Positions 54,920-64,000 of a stretch of DNA of 64,000 nucleotides are shown here, piece after piece. Location of the stretch: positions 1,240,001 to 1,304,000 of the forward strand of contig NW_026250405.1 of NCBI RefSeq assembly GCF_024521635.1, read 5' to 3'. The stretch is from Tricharina praecox (taxonomy: Eukaryota). The notes beneath the pieces are model-generated. The model had not been told where the DNA came from, did no database searches, and saw nothing but the letters and a program-made list of their open reading frames with translations. How positions within the stretch are numbered: the first letter of the stretch is position 1; each line of letters begins with the position of its first letter. The translations under genes were made by a program, and so were the position numbers.

Positions 54920-56425
54920 ATGTGGAGCTTCAGGATGGTGAGATCTCGACCACTTTTCGCGCGCGTGCTTCTCGCCCTGCTTCTATCCTGCTGCTTCAGT
55001 ATTGCTTTCGCCCAAACAACGACCACGCGCGAGGATGACAACGTCTCTGGCGCAGCATCTGGCGACATACCCGCCTCCTCCTCCACCCACTTGACCACCA
55101 CAAGCACAAGAACAAGAACAACAACGGTAGCTGAGCTAGTACTAAGCGGAACCAACAGTGACACCGCCGACGACGAGCCCACGCCCACGCCGACCGCCAG
55201 CGGTAATGAGACCGAGATCATCGTCAGCGCCAGCGGCGCGAGCAGTTCCTCCGATGACGAGCCGACGACCACTGAGCCTCCCGGCCCGGTAAACACGCAG
55301 CCGTGCAACCTCTACGTCGAGTTCTGTACACGATCGTATGGGAACATCACCTACGTCGGCACGCACAACTCGCCATTCGTACGGCAAAACAACGCAGCGT
55401 CGAATCAGCGGCTGGATGTGGTTGCGCAGTTGAATGATGGCGTGAGAATGTGTACGCTGTCCCCCCCACCACCCCACTCTACTTCTTCGCTGATGAATGA
55501 GGGAAGTGCAAGGACAAGCTCACAAGGCAAACGGAACAATGTATTACTGCCACACCAGTTGCGATCTGTTGAATGCGGGAACGGTAGAGGACTATCTGAA
55601 GCGAGTGTACGATTGGCTCATGGCGCATCCTTACGAAATCGTCACGATATTGATCGGCAACGGTGGTTTCGATGCGATCGATGACTTCGTGGCCCCCGTC
55701 GAAGACTCGGGATTATCGAAGCTCGCCTATGTGCCCGACAACCGCACGATTGCGTACAATGAGTGGCCGACACTGTCGGAGTTGATCTTGAAAGGTTTGC
55801 CTGCCCTGTCTCTCGCCTCCAAGTCAGCTGCTGACGATACATCCAGGCAAAAGGGCAATCATCTTCGTCGACTACAAAGCGGACGAGAACAAGGTTCCAT
55901 ATCTCCTCGACGAGTTCACCTACATGTGGGAAACACCGTTCTCGCAGACGAACCAGGACTTTCCGTGCAATGTCGACCGCCCGCCAGACCAAAATGCCAC
56001 CGAAGCCGCCAGAAAGATGTACATGGCAAACCACAACCTGAACGTCGAGTTCACCGCGTTCGGGACGGTCGCCCTCGTGCCAAACACTATCGCTATCAAC
56101 CAGACGAACGGCGTGGATGGGTATGGATCTTTGGGGCTGCAATCGGAGAATTGCGAAGGTACGCTGCTCTTCCTCTTCCTCTCTCTCCTCTCTCTCACTA
56201 ACCTTCGCAGTGATGTGGACGCGGCCGCCCAACTTCTTGCTGGTAGATTTCTACGATGCCGGCAACGGCAGTGTATTCGAAGTCGCCGCGAAAGCGAATG
56301 GCGTGACCTATCCCGGTGGCTGCTGCGGAAAGGTCAAGTCTGCCGCACTCAGCATGTACCTGGCGAGTCCCATGCTGTTACTTGCGGAGGCGACACTGTT
56401 TTTGGCCGCTTTTGTTTTGGTTTAG
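54920..56425 (+). CDS. Secreted, probably GPI-anchored PI-PLC-X-like phosphodiesterase (TIM barrel); 4 exons; start may be 54935
   Basis: Signal peptide and Ser/Thr linker, then PCNLYVEFCTRSYGNITYVGTHNSPF..NQ..QLNDGVRMLQGQAH..CHTSC, WPTLSELI, WETPF..FPCNVDRP, ANHNLN and RPPNFLLVDFY, ending in a hydrophobic C-terminus. Confidence 0.9.
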
Positions 56426-59400
56426 TGCACTTTTGCGGAGTTTTGGAGTACTGTAAATACACACTGTGTAGTATTGTCGCCGAGTCGTAAAGCAATGCAA
56501 ACATGCTTGTATTCATGAGATGGGGTGGTCATAAACTGTCGCCCGCGCATAAGACGAACGTCGAAGAGTGTAAACCGTGAACTCTGCCTGCCAATGCCCG
56601 GCGTGGAGGGGACCCGCTATGTAGTACCTCGACCGCTGCGCAACCAGACCGCTGCCACCTCCATCCCTCCCTCATTCACTCACCTGAAGCGCGGAACTAC
56701 GGACGCCAAGGGGAAGGAGAAGGAGGCCAAAGCATGGGGTTGTCGCGAGAGTCGCCAACAAGAAGTATTGGCACATTGGCACTGCCGGAAACCTTGCTAG
56801 GTACCAGGCCCGACCCCGACCCAAGCCCCCCAATCCCGCAAGCGCCTGGCCTTGAGGTTCTACAGTTGAAGAGGGGGCATTGCTTCACTAGCTAGACCCA
56901 CCAGCGAGGAGGAGAAGGCGGAGGAGGAGTGTGTATATTGCCATGATCTTTATAGGTCGCAAGCAATGAATGAACGATTAAACAAAAAGACTGCCAGTGC
57001 TCGCAACGAGCACACATCAGAGCTGTCCGATATCTACGCCTTCTAAGTCGGTATCCATTCGACCATGTGCGTGCAGAATAGGTTGCTCCTGGTTCTCTCA
57101 ACAACACTTGGCTCCCTACCTATGCCAGCCTGTCCTATCACTCGAGTTCGTACGCTCATCTACGTACTCGAGCTCGTGGAAATTGGAATGCCCCCCTTGA
57201 CACTTGTATGTTGCTGGTTCATTCATCATTCATCTTTCATCCTGCAAGTCTGGCGGTTGGGTGCTGCAGGGCTTGGAACGTTATGCGGAGTGCTAATGGC
57301 GCTTGCTTTTTACATTCGGGGGTATTGTTGGGCCATGGACATCAAAATCGTGTCATGTAATATCACTCGCAGAAGGCTATCTAGAGTAAATCATACCCGC
57401 GCCTTCGGCCGTGGGAGTTCCTGCCGGGCGGAGGGCAATAGGGAACCCACATCGGGCTCGCGGCTAGCGGTCAGAGACAGTGAGGGGGGACCGGACGTTT
57501 ACACAGCCATGATCTGCAAAGGTCGAATGCTACGATGATGAAACAAAAACAAAAAGCCATGGGAGTTCCGTACGCGACAATAATTGGTTCGATGTCTCTC
57601 TCTTTTGGTTATGAGAGTATGTGCTTTGAACTCCGTGCAGTCGTTGAATAAACTGTGGCCACTTAATCGAAATATTTACTCGTTCGTACTGTCCAACTTA
57701 CCTCGTGAGTGGATAAGAGGCGTAGAGATTGAGCGGCGATTCGAGTGATGTTTCAGCAGTAAACTTGACGCTCTTCACACCCCAGTGTGACCCATAGCCA
57801 TAGGTCCAACACTGGTAGCCCTTCGATGCGGTGGACTGGACGGGCTGCGGATCATTGTGGTGGATAAGACTAATTATGATGCCGGTCCACGGTAGTCATT
57901 ACTGATCAGCGGTGATTGATGGTAGGCCAACAGCCCTAGGGATGAGTGCTTATATAGCACAGTTGTTCAATCGTGTTGCCACAAATTCTTCAGGAAAGCT
58001 CCCTGCCCTCAGCTCCTTTTGCAACTGTGCTTTGCACCATGGAGTCAAGCTGTCTAAACTCGTCGTATGAAGCTGTGATCAGCGCACCTCGTTGTCAGCT
58101 CTCCGGTAAAGCGTTGAGATAGGTAGTCTCATCGCCCAGACTTCACGGCAACGACCTTCACACCACCAAGCGTCGCTCATGATCGGTGGATATCCATTTG
58201 AGGATCGCATGATACATTGCACTCGAGAGAGTGGGCTGCGTGCCGTGCTCTTGGGACGTCCAGGCTGCCGCGCCTAGCACAAAGCTGGTGTGCTTACTTG
58301 TTCCGGGGGTGCTTCGGGGGTGCCGTTGAGGTTGTTGCAGCTCAGAGTCTCAGACCGAGCTGCAATGGCTTGTTGGCGACAGAAGGGTACGTTCCGTAGG
58401 CGTGATGTGTTAAAAGCCGCACTCGTGAAAATGCCCGAAGACCCATCGAGTGTAGTGGGAATTGAGTTGAGTTGAGTTGAGCGTTGCGGTTGTGTAGGGA
58501 TGATCAAAAGAGTGGTTGGCCCAGTATTTCCGCCGGCCACATTACTACCAGTCCAATCGCAGTGGTCCGTTCTGATCATAGGATGTAAAGTGTATGTACT
58601 CAAGTACATACCGTTGCGTAACGGCAGACCGCCTCACAGTGCAGCACTCGCCCTCGTCATCACGGGAAAATTGATCCGTCACAATTAAGTCCACCGAGAA
58701 TGTAGAGTACCTTTGTTTAATCATCGTTGCATTTGACCTTAGTAGATCATGGCAGATTACGTATCCTTTTCCACCCGGCTGTCCCGGACCGCTGGCCGCG
58801 GGCTCGATACCCATGAGCGCACCGCAGCCTCGATTCCATACAGCTGTAGCACTTGGCACCGAGCTCCTCTCAGCCGCGCAACACCTGTGCTTTGAGCTTT
58901 CATCGCCGAATTTAAAAAGGCCCAATGACCGAGGATTCGGGTTAACGGCACAGGCAAGGAGAAAGGATAGCCCGTACGACGGCGACCGCACAGTGCACGT
59001 GGCAATGATCCTGGTCTTTCCCTGCCTCCGTGCCTTCTCCACAGAATATGCGCATCAAAATACCTCTCTCATTAGGGCGGTCAATGGAGGGGGAGATTTA
59101 AGGCTTCCGAGAATTCAGCCGTGTAACCCACACCTGCACGTGAGACGCCGCAATTGGATACATTTCGGCGAGCGACATGGATGCTTAGGGTGCAGGTAGA
59201 GTGTTGACATGACCCCCCACTGACAGCTCCCTCACCTCTCCTTCAACCTCTCTGAAGAACTTCCATACCCAACTCTGCCTTCCATCAAACTAATCGTTCG
59301 ATTGCTTCATCGTTACTATCTTTCCCGAGCAATCTGCCCGACATTGAATCTATATCACGTAGGTCCGCGTAAATCAGCTACAGTTACGACAATCGGCGCT

Positions 59401-59440
59401 CCTTCATCGACAGCATCCACTTCCATTCAATCCATCAAGC

Positions 59441-61319
59441 ATGAGTCCCATCGTCGAAGCTTCCCAGCGGCACCCGAAGCCCGAGGATAGGAAGTTTTCA
59501 TACGGAACCGCTGGGGTGAGTACCAGAGCCCAGAGCCCAGAGCCCAGGGTCCAAACCAAACCATTCTATCTGCCAAAAAAAAAAAGTTGCTGACCCTGTT
59601 CGTTTCGTTCAATATAGTTTCGCATGAAAGCGTAGGCCACCTCTTCCTACTAGCCTCCTCCACACACATCCTAATGCTGAAGGTGATGTCACCAGAAATC
59701 TCCTCGACTCCGTCGTGTACCGCGTGGGGCTCCTGGCGGCCCTGCGGTCGCAGAAGTTCCAGGGGAAGACCATCGGTATAATGATCACGGCCTCGCACAA
59801 TGTCCCCGAAGACAACGGCGTAAAACTCGTTGACCCCATGGTATGTCTATTGCAACATGGACGTCCGGCGATGTGTTACGACTGGTACTGATGGATGGAC
59901 AGGGCGAGATGCTGGAGGCTGCCTGGGAAGTCTACGCAACGACTTTGGCCAACGCATCCACCGACGAGCAGCTCTTCGAGGAGTACGAGAAACTCGCTGC
60001 ACAGCTGAAAATCAGCACCGAGATCACCCCCAAGGTCATCTTCGCGAGGGATACCCGGGAGTCGGGGCCTGCCCTTGTCGAGTCCCTTACAGACGCGCTC
60101 AAGGCTACCGATACGGAGTTTGTTGATCATGGAATCTTGACGACACCGCAGTTGCACTACTTGGTGCGGTGCATCAACACGGAAGGCACGGAGGAGGCGT
60201 ATGGAGAGGCCACGGAACAGGGCTATTACAACAAGCTGGCAGAGGCGTACAAGAAGCTCATGAAGAGGGTCCCCAGCTTGGGACAGGTCACGGTGGATTG
60301 TGCGAATGGTGTCGGTGCGCCGAAACTGCGGCGTCTTGTAGAGACCATTGGGGCGGATTTGTTGGATTGTGCTGTGATCAACGATCATATCGACCAGCCG
60401 TCGAAGCTCAACTACCAGGTATTTCCCGTGGCTATTGTTCACATCTGCACAACATTGACCATTTCAATAGTGTGGAGCAGATTTTGTCAAGACCCAGCAG
60501 CGTCTCCCACCTGCATCCCACGTCGCACCTCTGGCCCGCTGCGCTTCCCTCGACGGTGACGCCGACCGCATAATCTACTACTTCAACGACAGCGATGGCA
60601 ACTTCCGGCTGCTGGATGGCGACAAGATCGCCACTCTTGCCGCCAGTTTCATCGGCGATCTCACCAAAGCCGCAGGCCTAACGTCGCTCCGCATCGGAGT
60701 GGTGCAGACTGCCTATGCCAACGGCTCGTCGACCTCTTACATCACCAAGACGCTCGGCCTCCCCGTCGTCTGCACACCCACCGGCGTAAAACACCTCCAC
60801 CACGCCGCTCTCAAATTCGACGTGGGCGTGTACTTCGAAGCCAACGGCCACGGCACCGTCATCTTCTCCAAAGGCGCCCTCCAAGACATCGCCGAGCACA
60901 CGCCCGAGTCTCCCGCGCAGGCGGTAGCCCTCGAGAGCCTCAAGGCGCTCGTCGACCTGATCAACCAGACCGTCGGCGACGCCCTGTCGGACCTGTTGAT
61001 GGTCGAGGTGATCCTGGCCCACAAGCGCTGGGGACCTAAGGAGTGGGACGGCACGTACACGGATCTCCCCAACAGACTGGTCCGCGTTGAGGTGACGGAT
61101 AGGACCGTGTTCCTCACCACCGACGCAGAGAGGAAGCTGCTCGAGCCTGTCGGCGTCCAGGAGAAGATCGATGCCCTGGTCGGCAAGTATAAGCAGGGCC
61201 GTGCGTTCGCCAGAGCCAGTGGTACCGAGGACGCCGTGAGGGTCTATAGTGAGGCGGCGGAGAGGGGCGAGGCGGAGGAGCTGGCCAGGTTGGTCGCGGA
61301 GATTGTCGCGCAGTACTAG
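59441..61319 (+). CDS. PCM1: Phosphoacetylglucosamine mutase (5 exons including a 14-nt micro-exon at 59618-59631)
   Basis: YGTAG|FRMKA, phosphoserine loop [30 protein letters not shown], metal loop [25 protein letters not shown] and [12 protein letters not shown]. Confidence 0.97.
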
Positions 61320-61638
61320 GCGAAGACGGAAAATGGGTACGATGCTGGGTAGATACAGGCTGTTTGTCTGTGGCTCGTCTGTCTGGCGCGGTTGAAGCTT
61401 GAATACCAGATTTGAAGGCTTTCTTGGTTGCGAGTGATTGCGAGGAAGCGCGTGATATCGGCCGTAAACCTCGCATTTACATCCCAACGTCAACACATCT
61501 ATTATTACCGCACCACTCTGTAGACTGTAGAGGGTATTTCATCAGATCTTTCTAAATCCCGAACCGACCCACCCTCTCCCCGTCGCACATTACCCCCCAA
61601 TCTCCAAACAAAACCCAACACCGTGTCCCCTTCCCCCA

Positions 61639-62730
61639 CTACGCCTTAACCCTAGCAATATCATCGTCCACAGCCAACCTCGCATCACGAATAAGGAACC
61701 TATACCACCACATAGCGGGTATAATAGTGGCGGCATGCCACAGCGCATGCGCATCGATGGCGTCCGCGACCGGCGGAAAATCCAGTAGCTCAAGACTCAT
61801 GGCCATGATGAGCCAGGTCACAATCAGTCCCGGCCAGGCGGCCCAGAAGCGCTTATGCCTGCTATATTGCGTGACCGAGAAGTAAGTCCAGAGGACATTC
61901 ATTGCGGCGCCGACGACCACGTTCGCCGCCATGTTGTACGTGTAGTCCCAGCGGACGAACTGCAGGTAATATACGTGCGCGGCGTAGGCTGCAATGCACG
62001 TCCAGCCCCAGGCGCGCACGCCGCGCCGGAACCGTGGTCGCCACAAACGCAGCACTCGCACTGGCGCGTAGTATAGCCCGTACAGCACGTTGGCCCCCGC
62101 GCCGAAGTAGTCCAGCCGCTCGGTCAGAACTGTGTCGCGCGCGTGGAACAGGGCGCTGCACGTCCATGTGCCCAGGCCGACGTACGAGAAGAGGATATAG
62201 TAGCGCGTCATGGGGTGCGAGGGCGGGAGCTCGCGCCGGAGTTGGCAGAGACCGCGCAGGTGCGCGTAGCCGTTGAGGAGCGAGAACAATACGCTGAAGG
62301 GCTCTTGGAGCCCGAGGAGACGCTGGAATGGCCATTTGCCGTGGAATTGCTCGATGGATTGGCCGGAATGGAGCCGTGACTGTGTGATGGTCCGCTGGCA
62401 GATGTAGTCGCAGTTGCTGGGACAGGTCCACAGGAGCAGGCGCAGGTGCAGTGGCAGCGTGTTGGGGAGGAGGCATTCGGTCTCGATACAGGTCTGTGGA
62501 TGGGGATGTGAATCAGCTTTCGAGGACGGACTGACGGACGGACAGCGCGCCGGCCAAGAGACGGTACGGGGGGGAGGGGTGCTGAGCTGAGCTACCTAGA
62601 GCTGGCTTACCTCGACACATGCTTTGAACTCCGGCAGCTTATCGCCGCGCGACGCCAGCACGTCGGTGGTGAACAGGACGAGGACGAGCAGGCTGAGCAG
62701 GAGCACCGCCAGTCGCGACGTCGACGTCAT
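61639..62730 (-). CDS. PER1: Per1/PGAP3 GPI-anchor lipid remodelling protein (2 exons)
   Basis: Signal peptide, then ASRGDKLPEFKACVE|TC, WTCPSNCDYICQ, QFHGKWPF..QEPFSVLFS, SALFHARD..TERLDYF, WDYTYNM and LELLDFPP..DAHALWH. Confidence 0.95.
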
Positions 62731-64000
62731 GGTGGAGACTGGAACGGCGGGCCGCAGGGAGGGAGGGAGGGGGGGAGCGAGGGTGGGTGGGCGGAGCGAA
62801 CCGGTTGGCCGGTGCAGCGCAGAGTGGGTTTTGTTGTTTGGATGGTGGACGGCGGCGCAGGTGTGGTTTGGGGTTGGGGTTGGGTGTTATCGTCTTGTCT
62901 TGTCGTGTCTCTCTCCCCCCTTCACGGTTCACACATACACTGTCCTTCTTTTGTTTGTCCTTGTCTGTCTTTCTCCAGGGTGAGTATGTAGAGTACAAAT
63001 GGGGTTGCGATTGGTGCCACAGGCAGGGTAAATCGATCGGGAGTTTCATTCGGGAGTTTTTCCCCCTCCTCCTCCTTCCTTCTTTCCTTCTTCCATCCGT
63101 TGGATTTTTTTTCTTTCGGGAGGAGGCGGTGGTGGTGGCAGCCGCTGTCACGGCTTACTCAGCGACCGATGGGGGAAGGGGGGGCGTCGGTGAGGGCGAG
63201 GGTGAGGTAAGGTGACACGGAGAAATCGCGCTTCTTCTGGCCCGACGAAATCCCGCGACGTCGTCATCGAATCAGACTCGACGTGAAAGTTTTGACATGA
63301 CACGATTCGACTGGACACGACTGGGGGACTCGGCTCGGTTCACTTTGGGTCTCGGGACGATGAGTGGATGTATGTACTCAGATACATCTATGGATGTAAT
63401 GCGCGGAAATCCTTGATCGCCATCATCATAAGCTCAACGTTTGCTTTGCTCACCTTTGCTTGCTCCGATCTCGCACTCTAGATCTTTGCCGCTGTTCGGG
63501 GGTTTATTTTGCATTCCTCGAGTTGGCTCCCGTTCTTCCCCCGCACGTGTGTGTGTGTTGCCGCCATTCTTCTTCTACTGATTCTTCTGCTTCTTCTTCC
63601 TCTCCTTCGCGAACGGCAGTTGCTGCAGGATGACATCGTCCCTGTGTTGTTGTTGTTGTCACTGTGGACGGACGGGCTCTTCCTTGCAGCTTGTCACGGA
63701 AGGCGCATGCGATGGGATCTCTGGGTGGAGGGAGGGGAGGGAGGGGGCGGGGGCGGGTTCGCGGCTTGATGGCGAGTGAGACATGAATCAAACAGAAGTT
63801 GTGCGCGGGCACCACCTCCACATCTTCCCGACTACCTTTGCCCCGCACTGGTCAGAAGAAGAAGAATCAAGGAAGGCAGCGCTGTGGACTGGGTGGCTGG
63901 TCAGATCGACTCGATTGAGGGCTTAACTTACATACATGCCAAAGTACTTGTCTGACTGAAGTAAGAGGATGTCGATTGACGTCCCGAGACGAAAGATACG

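Noticed and set aside
56500..59300. Possible eroded coding sequence between the PLC-like gene and PCM1
   Set aside because: Only short ORFs and no motif I can name with confidence.
61317..61352. Stop-codon readthrough extensions (checked for PCM1, MRPL9 and CUE5)
   Set aside because: No TGA-CTA context and no PTS1-like tripeptide at the next in-frame stop.

Overview
This is eukaryotic DNA from a filamentous ascomycete (Pezizomycotina; Pezizomycetes is a guess). It has short GT-AG introns with CTAAC/CTGAC branch points, microsatellite-rich intergenic DNA, and no rRNA, tRNA or CRISPR that I can recognise. I rebuilt 15 intron-containing genes by hand: a GPI-anchored Cys/Ser/Thr protein, RSP5/hulA, COA1, PHO81/nuc-2, two uncharacterised single-pass membrane proteins, mitochondrial uL3 (MRPL9), CRM1, CUE5, a secreted RlpA/DPBB expansin-like protein, nuclear poly(A)-binding protein, a SUR7/PalI protein, a secreted PI-PLC-like phosphodiesterase, PCM1/AGM1 and PER1. 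There is also a probable 97-aa orphan gene. The best unexplained signals are a ~646 bp MITE-like element with 29 bp terminal inverted repeats, a PHO81 start codon split by an intron, the orphan gene, and two possible decayed ankyrin-repeat relics. I found no convincing new multi-gene system; the window is mostly housekeeping and cell-surface genes. Family calls come from motif recognition, not database searches.
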